Assembly: GCA_002633005.1 (NCBI GenBank)
Contig: NMRA01000730.1
Span: forward strand, 62,001-126,000
DNA from: Phoronis australis
Taxonomy: Eukaryota; Animalia; Phoronida
DNA: 64,000 nt
Direction: 5' to 3'
Below, piece by piece: positions 11,313-23,110 of the stretch (its first letter is position 1; every line of letters starts with the position of its first letter). A program made the position numbers and the translations under genes. The notes below the pieces were generated by a model. The model did not search any database. It saw only the letters and a program-made list of their open reading frames with translations, and had not been told where the DNA came from.

Positions 11313-14300
11313 ATGGAAACCAAACGGAGAATAGAATTGCCACCACCGAAACCACTGGAGAAGGAAAAGGTTGAGGAATCGTCTGAAAACGTGACTCACC
11401 GTTTCTCACTTTCTTTACAATTACCGACTGACGATTCTTGTTCTGAGTTTTCGTACATAAAACTTTTGAAGGATGCTAAGTCCCACGAGGTCTTAAGTAA
11501 AAAGGACCCATTCGCCTCAGTAGATAAGGCAGAAGATGATAAACTAACTGCAATTGCTAAAGAATTTGAGGAAAAGTATGGAAATAAAAGTTTTGCAGAG
11601 GAATACATTGATTTAGGTGATGGTTATGATACCAATGATTCCTTTATTGACAATGCAGAAGCGTATGATGAACTTGTTCCTTCATGCCTTACAACAAAAC
11701 TTGGTGGATTTTATATCAATGCGGGTGTCCTTGACTTTAAAGAAATAGCCGAAAAGACTCCAAAGAAGAAAAAGAAAAAAAAATCTTTAGTTATTTGCTC
11801 TGATAGTGAGTCTACCTCTGATTTCAAGAAGAAAGGACCGAAAGTAAAACACGGTGAAATAAAAACTAAAAAGAGGAAACGATCTCTTGAAGACATTGCC
11901 AAGAAAGCTAAGAAGACAAAAAACAAAGGAACTGCTTCCAAATCCAAGGAGAAAAATAATACTAGCAAGAAATCTGTTTCTGAGCTGGTACATGGTAATA
12001 GCTTGGCAAAACAATCACTATCTCAGGGTACTAATGGAAATGATTTAGCCGCCATAGACTCTGCTATAGATGCAGTTGTTAAGAATAGTATGCTGCTAGA
12101 TGCTGATTCATTAGAAGATAGTCAAGATAATTCGGACATTGCCAACAAAGTGCCGCCAAATCTCGATTCAATACCTAAGCTTCCTGAAAATCTTTCTGCT
12201 CAAGTGTTACAAAATATTGAGACTGTGAAACGAGCTGCAATGGTTTCAACATCAGCGAAAAGCAAATTTTTCACCCCTGCAATAAACAAAACACTATTGG
12301 AAATTGAAAAACAGAGTCGGCAAGTTTCTTGCATGCAGCGTTCATCAATATACAGTCACATGACTGCGTTTCTGCCTTGTGGGAAAGAAACTCTTCTGAA
12401 ACGAATTAAAAAACTGCTGCAGAATGAGCTTGATGACAAACTGAAGGAACCACTTCAAGCATTGAAAGATGCGATTGTCCAAGAAATGCCCAAACAAATT
12501 GACAAGCATGTTCAAGAGACTTTACTGTTTGCTCAGCAGCATCAAGGAAAAGCCACTGATGTAGCGGGCAAAGAGGCTGACGCAATCACTTCGCAAACGG
12601 AATCGGATGATGAGGAGAAGAAAACTAATTTGGAGGAGCCTGAAAAGGACGAATCATCAAAGAAGAAACCTCGAGGGCCGCCCAAGAAGTTTGAGTGGAC
12701 CGATCAAATCAGGAGTCTGACGTGTCGAGTAGTTACGCTGAAGATGAATTCATTTGAGTTGGCCAAAAACAAGGGTCAGACTGCGGAAGACTACATCAAG
12801 GCGTTCTTGGAAGCGGAAGTTAGGCCTCTTTGGCCAAAGGGGTGGATGCAAACTAGAACTTTGTTCAAGGAAACCCGCTTGGCTCATTTCAAGTGGACTA
12901 ATCCAGCATCGTCGAAGTTAAAGAAAGTGGCTATAGAGAATCGCACTTTGTCTGCTACCAATGTGCCATCACAGTCGTCTCTTACTTCTGCTGCCCAGAC
13001 CATGGTGTCTAACAAAATTGTTAAACCTCCGGCAAAACAAAATGTTACTGTACCACTGAAAAAAGTTGACCCATTTGCAACGCTATTAGATTATGCCGAG
13101 GGTAAATCTTCCGCTGAAACTGAGGCCCTAGAAAACATGATCCGTGCAACTAGCGAGGTTCACAATTTAGTGAACGATGGCAATAAAAATGAGAACCAAA
13201 AACCGAAGCAGCCAGCAGCAAATGCTTGGGAGGCTGAATTCAACAAGTACGCACTAAGTAGTGGGGCGAAAAGTGGCCCCACTACTTCCAATAACGTAAC
13301 AACTGTGAACAGATCTCATAATGATTCGAGTCAGTCTCAAGGGCAGAGTAACATGACCAGTGTGTTGAAAACTGCTGAAGCCACACCATCAGTGAGTCAA
13401 GGCCTTTCCAGTCATGCCAGTGATCTCTTGAAGCGAAAAGTATCTCAGGAACAACCGAAATCTTTCCAACCTGTTGTTCGAAAACAGCCAGAACCTCTCC
13501 GTACCTCAACTGTTACTACTTTCCACCCTATGCACGCTCACAATAGCAAGGAGAAGAATGCCTGGGCCTCTAGTCATCAGCCTTCACTTGGCGTGTCAAA
13601 GACGATGCAATCCGTGCCTTCGAGTCTCTCGCAGAATGAGGCGATGCTGCGTACCAAGTCCATGTTGTCATTTCAAACGGGTCAAAGTCTCCTCAAGCCC
13701 GGCGCTGGCTTACACTCTCATCATCTCCAGAAAGGATCGAAACCGGCAAAACCTCAAAGCGATCCTGTCACTGCAAGTCAGCCAGACATAACTGGGTTGT
13801 CTCTGGGGCAGATTCAGCAGTTGATGTACTCAACAAAGAGCCCAGGGGCTAGTTCTCATCCCAAAGAATTCTTCTCCGATGTACCTGGCTGGGGTGAAGA
13901 TGTGAAACGATATGCGCAGTACATGCATCCCAAGTCACCTGGTTATCACGAGGGTGGTCATCTAGTCTCACCTGTTAGTCAGTCGCGGGCAATGTCTACA
14001 ATGCATGCTAAACGATCACCCGTGTACCACGAGGGCCCAACAACGCCACCAACTAATCAGACTGGTGCCCTTATGCCGTCACACTCTAGGAAGTCTCCGG
14101 GCTTTGTCGAAGGTCATGGGACGTCGCCTGGCACTTATTCCTCTCCTCACTTGAGAAGATCTCCAGAGAATCCCGTGGGTTATCCATGGAACGCAATGTC
14201 CAGTTCGTCAACATCCCCTAGAGCGGCACCACATGTCACTCATGAGACTTTGAGTAATTTAATGAACCAAGGCATGTCTGATGTATTTAGGAGAACAGAT

Positions 14301-14351
14301 ATGCCAGAGAATGCTATTCGCCAGTATCCGCCTTACCCGTCAAAGCAGTAA
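11313..14351 (+). CDS. UBN1: Ubinuclein (UBN1/UBN2/yemanuclein-like HIRA complex subunit), single-exon CDS, ~1012 aa
   Basis: HRD/HUN domain DLGDGYDTNDSFIDNAEAYDELVPSCLTTKLGGFYINAG; N-terminal CSEFSYIKLL; middle domain KSKFFT...GPPKKFEWTDQIR...FLEAEVRPLWPKGWM; basic NLS tracts; ATG in atcATGg context at 11313. Confidence 0.93.
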   Translation: METKRRIELPPPKPLEKEKVEESSENVTHRFSLSLQLPTDDSCSEFSYIKLLKDAKSHEVLSKKDPFASVDKAEDDKLTAIAKEFEEKYGNKSFAEEYIDLGDGYDTNDSFIDNAEAYDELVPSCLTTKLGGFYINAGVLDFKEIAEKTPKKKKKKKSLVICSDSESTSDFKKKGPKVKHGEIKTKKRKRSLEDIAKKAKKTKNKGTASKSKEKNNTSKKSVSELVHGNSLAKQSLSQGTNGNDLAAIDSAIDAVVKNSMLLDADSLEDSQDNSDIANKVPPNLDSIPKLPENLSAQVLQNIETVKRAAMVSTSAKSKFFTPAINKTLLEIEKQSRQVSCMQRSSIYSHMTAFLPCGKETLLKRIKKLLQNELDDKLKEPLQALKDAIVQEMPKQIDKHVQETLLFAQQHQGKATDVAGKEADAITSQTESDDEEKKTNLEEPEKDESSKKKPRGPPKKFEWTDQIRSLTCRVVTLKMNSFELAKNKGQTAEDYIKAFLEAEVRPLWPKGWMQTRTLFKETRLAHFKWTNPASSKLKKVAIENRTLSATNVPSQSSLTSAAQTMVSNKIVKPPAKQNVTVPLKKVDPFATLLDYAEGKSSAETEALENMIRATSEVHNLVNDGNKNENQKPKQPAANAWEAEFNKYALSSGAKSGPTTSNNVTTVNRSHNDSSQSQGQSNMTSVLKTAEATPSVSQGLSSHASDLLKRKVSQEQPKSFQPVVRKQPEPLRTSTVTTFHPMHAHNSKEKNAWASSHQPSLGVSKTMQSVPSSLSQNEAMLRTKSMLSFQTGQSLLKPGAGLHSHHLQKGSKPAKPQSDPVTASQPDITGLSLGQIQQLMYSTKSPGASSHPKEFFSDVPGWGEDVKRYAQYMHPKSPGYHEGGHLVSPVSQSRAMSTMHAKRSPVYHEGPTTPPTNQTGALMPSHSRKSPGFVEGHGTSPGTYSSPHLRRSPENPVGYPWNAMSSSSTSPRAAPHVTHETLSNLMNQGMSDVFRRTDMPENAIRQYPPYPSKQ

Positions 14352-14439
14352 TTATTGTACCATGCCTCAGGACGCCGATTGATCTCCAGTCAACATGCTA
14401 TTTTGGCTGCGACTTTGCGTGTAAATTGATAATGTAATT

Positions 14440-14459
14440 TTATATATATATATATATAT
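14440..14459. repeat. (TA)n microsatellite in the ubinuclein 3' UTR
   Basis: Direct reading of the sequence. Confidence 0.8.
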
Positions 14460-15451
14460 TGTACATACTTCATTTGTAGATGTACATATTTATTAATAAG
14501 AGTAAGGATCGTAAACTTGACTGAATACTTTACCTGAGTGTTATACTACGTGCAAGAATTTAATCAATGCAACATTTAAGCAGTGCCGGATTTGGTTTGA
14601 AGTTGCATAACTTTGGATTGGATGCGTCGATGTTGATATATCTCCTTGGTGACTAGACATTGCTTGGCTTTCACTTCCTGTGGTGTAGGATTGGGATTCA
14701 GTAATCGTCTGGATTGATGACGAAGCTTCAACATCACTGTTACCTTTGCGTTCGCTTACAAACTATTACAAGAGAGTTTGGAGTACACGCGGTAACTTCA
14801 CAGTTTCACCAATGGTAAACATTTTGCGAAGCAAACACTACCACAACCTTAATAGTCGGATATAAAATGCCCGCATTTTGAGAACCAGTTTTCTCCACTG
14901 AATAACGGGCAAAAAATGGTTTTCAAAATGTGGTCATGTTATGTCCGACTATTGTCTCTACAACTGTTCAACTTCAGAAAATATTGTCTTGTTTATTTTC
15001 AGTGTAACATCTGCTTTTTAAGATATTTTGATGAACATCAATCGACAGCCTTTTTTAGTCAGCACTAATTATGTCAAGGCCAAAAAAGAAAACTTCAAAA
15101 TGGTATTAATCAGGGTAGCGGTGGTAAATCTTCCTGTTAAGCAAACAGAGGTCTCTGTTCAATGTATTATGTTGTCAGGCATAAGCAGGAGTCTACTTGT
15201 TACAAAGAACCTCAAACCAAAGCAATGATTATCCTGTAGTATTATTATGTTTGTGTTCCTGGAATGAATTTTGTTATAACTTGCTTGAACTCTCGTGTAC
15301 GTTTCAGGTTACAAGAACTATGGCCTGAAATCCCGATTCGAGTCGAAAAGCATCTCATCTTCTGCTACAGCATTTGTTCTTTGACTGCAACATCTGCTCT
15401 TTGACTGCAGCATCTGCTGTGCAACTGCAGCATCTGCTGTACTGCACAACA

Positions 15452-15811
15452 ATGAAGTTATCCCATGGTAGATACCTGTGTCTGCTGCCTGCCTTCCTTC
15501 TAATGGGTCTTGGTGTATTTCTCAAAGGCTTCTTTCCGATCAAGAAGGGAGTACCCGGCTACAGCAGTGTCAGTGACCTGCTTCCAGAACCGACGACAAG
15601 CAATACGCAAGGACTGAATGAGGATTCTCAAAAATTGCAGCCGGTGTATAATAGACTTGTATTTGTGCTTATCGATGCTCTCAGGGCTGACTTTGTGTTC
15701 AATTTGTCAGGACCGCTCATGCACACAGTGTCTAGGCTGATCGAGGAGAAAGGCTCGAGACATTTTCTGGCCCGTGCTCACCCACCCACAGTGACAATGC
15801 CTCGTATCAAG
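15452..15811 (+). CDS. PIGG: GPI ethanolamine phosphate transferase 2, first coding exon
   Basis: MKLSH...GLGVFLKGFFPIK...RLVFVLIDALRADF...AHPPTVTMPRIK|gtatg; 5'-UTR acceptor tttcag at 15302-15307. Confidence 0.92.
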
Positions 15812-16956
15812 GTATGGTTACTCATCACTACAGAAGTAAAGAAAGTAACCGGAAAAAATTGTTTGGGATACCGTTGCGGTCTGAAATTAAGGTTTTTATT
15901 TAATTTCTGTTCTTGAAAATAGGGATCACTTGCTTGCATGTTTCTCAAACTCTTGTTACTGTACAGTGTTTATTAAGTATTGATGCAAAAATGAAAGCTT
16001 TGTAATTCGTTTTGGGTCAGTAGCTTTGTTTGTGATTCTTAAATCAGGGATACAGTTTCAGGTGTATGGTTAAGTTTCTTCAAATTAAAACAGTAAAATT
16101 TTATTATCTATCAAAATTCTCAATAGGAGTAAATAAAAAGACAGTGTGGTACGACTGTCATTGACAAACAGACGGTGAATTTTTGAACATTTTTGTCATT
16201 ACAGTGAGCATTTGAAAAATGAAAAAATATCAATTTTGGTCATTATTTTTGTTTGAATTTAAGAAGACTTTATGGTGCTTCAAAAGGAGTAAAGTTTGTG
16301 TTGACAACTTCTGAAAACTAATACCGCACTATAATGGAGTTGTTCCAACAACATAGATTTTTTGTACCTTGCTAGTGCTAGATGTGAAACTTGTCAGTTG
16401 GGCATTCACGTTGGCTTGGCTGTGGAATCAGGTCTTGATCTAAACTTGACAGCCTGACCTGAACAGGGCTCATTCACACCCATGGAATGCTTGGAAATTA
16501 CTACAGTAGTTTGAAAAATAAAAACATTAATTATAAAAAATTCATGGCAATTTATTTATGACAAACAAAAATCGATTTAACAAATATAACGATCATCAGC
16601 TTAACTTAAAATATCATATACATACTCTTTATGGGAAAATCAACTTGTGGAAATTATATGTTGAAAACCTCATGGATAATGAAAGTGAAATATCTGGTAG
16701 TCCTGTAGAGGTTTGCATAGGGATCACAGCCTACAGCTTCCCTGTGTATAAGCATAATTTCGTGCTTCTACCTGGTCACCTGACCAAGGGAAATAAACTC
16801 TTGTGTTGAAGGACTTTAGAAAACGAGTGTTAACATATCATCAGCTGACGGTCGTTTTATTAAGAGAGTCAACACTCTACAGTGGAATTAGTTTTGTTTG
16901 CTGAGGAACTTGATGTCTTTGAGCGTACCTTTCAAACATTTTTGCTCGCATTTTAG

Positions 16957-17166
16957 GCTCTTACGTCTGGGGGTATTCCCGGCTTCATTGACATCGTCCT
17001 CAACTTTGACTCAGAAGAGCTCTCAGAAGACAACCTAATTGAGCAGTTTCATCGTGCTGGCAAAAGAATTCTTTTCTTTGGAGATGACACATGGATCAAA
17101 TTGTTTCCAGGAAGGTTCCACCGTTCAGATGGAACCACATCGTTCTTTGTGACTGACTATACCGAG
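16957..17166 (+). CDS. PIGG: PIGG coding exon 2
   Basis: ALTSGGIPGFIDIVLNF...FFGDDTWIKLFP...SFFVTDYTE; ag/gt boundaries. Confidence 0.92.
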
Positions 17167-17648
17167 GTATCTATTCATTAAGTTTGTCTCTAATTTTCAT
17201 TGTCGCAAACTACTAAAACACTTGCCATTTGGTTTTCACTAGTACTGTAGCAAAGTGTATATTCTATTATAAAAGATGAACAAAAATCTTACCATATGCG
17301 TGAGCTGGTAAGTCGTGAACATTTGAGCAGTTAAACTGTTAGTATAGTTTGAGTTTCTTTTTGTGTAACTCCCTTTACAAAACAGGGAGCCTTTTTGAGT
17401 TTGATTAAATCACATATTGTCAGCTTTAAGTTTTAATAATAGAATAGAGTCTGTTACGGACTTTTCACCTTGGCAGGTTTTTGCCAGGAGTCTTTTGAGG
17501 GTTCAATCAAGTTTGATGTTTTTGAACTGTGGAATCCTTGTAAAGTTTGAACGGTGTGCGGGCTTATAAAAGGAAACTATTGAATCACCTCCAGCAAATT
17601 AGGTATTACATTATATTAATGGGTTGAATAATATGTTAATGTTACTAG

Positions 17649-17837
17649 GTTGATAACAATGTGACTCGTCACATTGATAAAGAGCTGGGAAACGAAGATT
17701 GGGATGTAATGGTGCTACATTACCTTGGCCTGGACCACATTGGACATCTAGCTGGACCGTCCAGCCCACTGGTGCAGCCCAAACTGACCGAGATGGACCT
17801 TGTCATCACAGGGATCCGGTCAAGGCTGGCAGAACTG
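17649..17837 (+). CDS. PIGG: PIGG coding exon 3
   Basis: VDNNVTRH...DVMVLHYLGLDHIGHLAGPSSPLVQPKLTEMD. Confidence 0.92.
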
Positions 17838-18700
17838 GTAAGACTGGGTAATTATACCGCTAAGCCATTTGAGATATTTTTACCCATAAAGCACCTGTGG
17901 GCTTGCATCTGGTTGTCTTCAGACAATAAAGAAGTTTTCATGTTGGTTTCTTAGTTTTATCTTGTTTGTTATTGGATTGAAAGTCTTCATACAGGATTCA
18001 CCTACTAGGTTGTACAGTCTCACTTATTTGTTGTAATATGTTCTGTTTAGTGTATTATGGAGGTTCACCCACTTTAGATATTTTTTCACTAAACATCGTT
18101 TAGAGACCTGACAAACACAGCTTGTGCACTTGTAAATCCTCAAACTCATACCAGTACGCAGAAAACGGCTTGCGCTCCCAAAAGTTTGCCGTGCCCGCAA
18201 ACTGCAAACACATCTGTGCTACCTATAAACATGTCCCTCAGATTCTTAGCAGCCCATTTATGTCTTCCACAAGATGGCGTGAATCTGTACTAAGGTCCGG
18301 ATTTTGTTTTTGAGTAAAATGAACAACAGGGAAACTACTTTCAATATCATTCTCTCGATATTTGAATCGTAAAACACAAAAAAGATGCCAAATCACCTCA
18401 AAATATGTGACCAAAGTTATTTTGTCTAACGTCTTTGATGACTGATGGCTCTGTGGAAAAATGTAAATTTTTTTCTGGTGCCGTGTCTAAGGTTCATGAG
18501 CCGTGTCTGTTAGTGGTACTGAGCACATGAGGCGTGCTTTTTATGTGAGAAAACCGTGTTTTGTTTGTGAGCATACTAGTGAGTCATGTTCATATTTGCG
18601 TGCAGTCTGAGTTGCCTGGCATTGCGTTGTGTAGCATTTTCGAGTATGTGTGCATTTTACATTTCAAAAAATTTATTGCTAGCATCACCTTTGGTTGTAG

Positions 18701-18839
18701 GATATAAAGTCTGGTCGTTCATCTCTGCTAGTAGTGTGCGGGGATCATGGCATGAGTGAACAGGGGAGTCATGGTGGCTCCTCAAGCAGTGAGACAGCTA
18801 CCCCCCTCGTCATGTTTGGACAGACTTTTGACAAGACAG
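18701..18839 (+). CDS. PIGG: PIGG coding exon 4
   Basis: LLVVCGDHGMSEQGSHGGSS metal-binding motif; ag/gt boundaries. Confidence 0.9.
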
Positions 18840-19334
18840 GTATGAGCATTTTTTGTGTGTCACAGAGAAATACTTATTTTAAATTGCACTTAATTGATTG
18901 TTTTATTTATTATTCATTCCGTTAATTATTAGTACTTCTACAAAGAAACTTTGAACAATGCAAGCGTCTGATTTGGAGTAACTTTTTCATTGGACTTGAT
19001 CTGATTTTTTGTTTTGTGGGTATTCAAATGTGGGCTGTTATCTAGAGGGAGAAACAAGCTTTATTTTTTAAATCATATAAAACATACATCGTTATATGAC
19101 TGGGTGGCCAGCAAAGGCATGGGCCGCTAACAGCTGACCACTGAGTAATAATATATTTTTAAGCAATTAATATGGGGTCTTTTTCCCTTGTTGAAATAAA
19201 TAAATTTCAAATTAGTGCTGTTGATTTTCCAATGCTCGTTTGATTGCCGTGGTATTTTTCACATCAAAGCCGTTCCCTCTTTATATTCCTTCCACGGATT
19301 CACTTACATTTTTGTATACATTTTAACGTGGCAG

Positions 19335-19544
19335 CCAACAACCCACCAGATGAGATCTACCAGATCGACATGGTGCCTAGCCTTGCCCTGCTATTTGGCC
19401 TGCCCATACCTAAGAACAGCCTGGGGCTGATGCAGGAAAGCCTGTTCAGTGGTCTTGGTGCACGACAGAGAATACGGCTAGCGCAGGTGAACGCTGACCA
19501 ACTGGCCAGGACATTCTTACAGAATTCTGACAATCCCAGCAGAG
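19335..19544 (+). CDS. PIGG: PIGG coding exon 5
   Basis: QIDMVPSLALLFGLPIPKNSLG...NADQL; phase 1/1. Confidence 0.88.
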
Positions 19545-20476
19545 GTATTATTTACTGAACTTTGACCTTTGTTGGTCAGTCATTGATCTGGCAAGAATGT
19601 CAATGGGAAGTATGTGTAATTCTCAGTCACTAACTATGAATTTCAGCGCTACGAATATGTCAGTCAAATACTGGACTTGCTGTGTTGGGGTTCCTAAGCA
19701 AAATGCAAGGCCCTGAACCTTGTGTCAGGTAGCTTCATTCTGTCACCGCGGTGTCTGTTAAGGAAGGAATCCTTGGCCTCTCCCATGCAGCTTCTCTGGC
19801 ACTTTTCTCAGACCACAAACTATTTGTCTAGAACTCTCACGCCCGCATGTGAGTGTATAGTATCACCGAGTTGCTCAAACTCGTTCAGCCGAAGTTTTTT
19901 TCCCTGTGGTGGGCTTTGAAACTCCAATAGAGTGTGTGATACTTTCAATTTTTTCCCAGTAGAGGGAATTGAGCAATTTCGCAATGTGAAGAGAATAATT
20001 CAAGTATCAATATTGACCAGATTTGTATTTTTAGCATCAAATCTTCTAAGAGATACCCAATGTGTACGAATTTAGGCACTTAAACCTACAGCACAAGGCG
20101 AAAGTAATCAGACAATATTCCGTTTTCCTGTCTTGAAGACTAAATTAAAATTCTGTTAGCAGCAAAAATGACCGGTTATAACTATTCGGGGGCAAAGTTC
20201 TAACCACAGGATGGCTTAGCCACCTCACTAATTTTCCTCATAGTTCACCCTTCATTCTCGGTCATGAAGAAAACTTCTCTGAATTTGACTTCTGCCCAGC
20301 CATCATGACATGGAATTTGGTCTGAATGCTTCTGACTTGTACTGAATGTATGAACCTGTGCCTTTATCTAGAGTTGGTTGTATGCACCTGTATGCGAAAC
20401 AGTCTTGAGTAAAGTCAGGAGAACGTATCTTTTCCCAACATTCGACTGGAGCTTGATTTTTTGTTTCTGATGACAG

Positions 20477-20694
20477 AGAAAGGCTACCTTGCCTATGAGG
20501 AGGCTAGGCGACTACACGCTAGCTGGCTGGAGACTCAGCTCAATGCTTCAAACGTCCACGTCTCCGAGGCAACGGGTCAAAAGGTCATCCACCAGTATAT
20601 CAAATGTATGGAGATGATGCGTTCCCAGCTGGTCAGTGCGCTGTCCAAGTATGACCTGCACGCCATCTATGTGGGGATTCTGGTGATTGTGTTG
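20477..20694 (+). CDS. PIGG: PIGG coding exon 6
   Basis: AYEEARRLHASWL...LSKYDLHAIYVGILVIVL|gtgag. Confidence 0.85.
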
Positions 20695-21200
20695 GTGAGA
20701 CTCCTATTGGTGTGGAATATAACTAGTAAACATCAGCAAAGTGTTTCCAGATTTCTGGATGTGGCAAAGTGTTAAATGGTCAAGAATATTTTATAAAGCA
20801 GTGTCGATGCGAAATAGAGTTTTTATGGCTGTTTAGGGGCTGTTTTACCACATTGCTGCGGTAGTGCCAGGACCCATATTCGGAAATATAAGTGCAAATA
20901 TGCCGTTACTGGTATTTTCGAGTGACCATTTTTGCCTGTGTTGAGCACTGAATGCTATTTGTGTTTGGCAAAACATGATTATTTTTATTTATTGTGTTGT
21001 TACCTGTTACATAACGCTTTCTTTTGGTTGAAGGCAGTTGTAATGTGGCTTGTGGATAAGAGTTCAGATAAACTTTATCAGTTAGTGTTTACATTGCTTT
21101 TTACATACAGTGTAATAAACTCATATAATTTTGTACAACTTCATTGTTCTTATTTAACTAATCTGCGTCACTTAAGCTTATCTTTTTGTGTTCATTGCAG

Positions 21201-21889
21201 GTATTGACTAATACCGTGGTGGGTGCATGTACCTGTAACCAGTCCATAGGTGTCGCCACTGACATGACTTCGCTAAGTTCTGCAGTTGTCAGCTCGTGTC
21301 TCTACCTCGCCTACCACATGGTCTCGTGTACGTCGACCAGTGGAAGCGACTTCCTGTGTCGAAACAATCTCATGGCAGCCGTCTTGGTTACTCTAACATG
21401 CCTACTGTGCGCGTTGACTGCTGCTGTTTTACTAACCATGGCAAAAGGAAGACTGTATGAATCACGTACAGCGACGCATCTACATCCCGTTGATTTATTT
21501 GTGTACGCTGGCTCATTTGTACATACGTTCACTCTATTGTCCAGTAGTTTTGTAGAGGAAGAACATCAGACCTGGTACTTCCTGACAGTGTCGGCCATGT
21601 TGTGTCTTGTGACAAAGATCACTATGGAATCCAAATCAGAGAGACCCTCAGGTTGCATAACTGAGAAGGGGACTAAGAACGGAGAAGGCTGTAAACTACT
21701 GGACGAGGAGGAGGAGAATGAGTCTCAAGTTGACAGAACGGTGGCGCTGACGAAACCAGAGTTCCGTAGTCAGTTGCATGTCATGGCGTCTTTGGTCGCC
21801 ATATTGGTGTGCTGTCGTCTGCTGCGCGCGTGGAACCAGACGGGTATCAAGTTTGCAGACACACCGGACATTGGTGATTGGCTGATTCT
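21201..21889 (+). CDS. PIGG: PIGG coding exon 7
   Basis: LLSSSFVEEEHQTWYF and RLLRAWNQTGIKFADTPDIGDWL motifs. Confidence 0.9.
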
Positions 21890-22162
21890 GTAAGTTTTAA
21901 GAGTGTTTCCTGATGACTAAGACATGATTTCTGCTTGTGATGGAAAACCTGAAGAATGAGGAAAACAAACTCTGTGTGTGAAAAACTTTGAAAAATTTCT
22001 TCAGAGAAATAAATTCCCTGATTTGCGAGTCACATCTTGAGTTCCTGCATTCATTTATGTGTCTGCAGTCATTTGCAGAATTTTTTACTATCTGTCCACT
22101 TTGTGTAGGAAAACTAAAGAAAATGAGACAGACATGTCTAAATTCACCTTTTCTTGTTCCAG

Positions 22163-22345
22163 TCCTGAGAACAAGTCCTTTCTGTCTGTGCTTGTGGCCA
22201 GTGCCCTCTGTTGGATTATACTAATCCAATGTGTGGTGAACAAGAGCTACAGTTTGCTGTTGATGGTGGCCTTCGTTGGTGTCTACTGCCATCGCAGTGC
22301 AACAGGATCACTGATCCTGCCTGGATATCCTGGAAGAGATCCCAA
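22163..22345 (+). CDS. PIGG: PIGG coding exon 8
   Basis: PENKSFLSVL...GVYCHRSATGSL; phases consistent with neighbours. Confidence 0.85.
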
Positions 22346-22716
22346 GTAAGCAAATTTTGTCTTCAGTTCGAGATGATGCAATTTATTGTGAAGTGTTATT
22401 TCAGTGGAATTTTACCCTAGCTTTCATACATGTGAGAGCACCATGAAAAGGCTAGACTGCAAAGTATTGGGTATTACAAACGAAACGCATCTACGAAGCT
22501 CGTTCTGAGCTAGAAGTTCGTTGTTATATTTTCTGCTTATAGATTACTCTACAGGTTCACGAATGGTAGTGGGTTTTCAGTGGTGAAAGGAGTGTAAACC
22601 TCAAATCTACATTCACAAAATTTTCACACTTGGGCCATTACTTGCGAAAATTGACAAAACAGCCTCATTTAAGATGATTTAATTTTGTTTTATCTTTGCG
22701 TATGTTTGTATTGCAG

Positions 22717-23110
22717 GGGAGTGTTGGAAGCTCAGTGCGTATATCTCTGCTTGCTTGCCACATTCATCGTTACAACAGTGAAATGTTTCACTTCCTGGCT
22801 GAAGACTCGTGACAGTTCACTATGCAATGAAAATACTCCAAAGTCGTCATCTCGCAGTGTTGATCGTCAAGTCGACGGCGCTCAAAAATTTCCAGCAATA
22901 AACTATGTGATAGAGTCGCTCTCCAACCTACAGAATGTGTGGTTGACATTATGCGTGTTACTAGTCCGACCTCACAATATACCCATGCTGGCTCTGGTGA
23001 TTACTGTCGAGTCGTTACTATCCAGATATGTGTTGCCATGGAGCCGACTGTCTCTTGAAGGTGTTGTTTTACTTTATCTGTGGTTTGGACAAGCATCATT
23101 TTACTATCAG
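22717..23110 (+). CDS. PIGG: PIGG coding exon 9
   Basis: GVLEAQCVY...LLVRPHN...WFGQASFYYQ|gtatg. Confidence 0.88.

Noticed and set aside
11396-13791. Antisense and alternate-frame ORFs within ubinuclein
   Set aside because: Shadow ORFs of a long coding sequence with no recognisable motifs.
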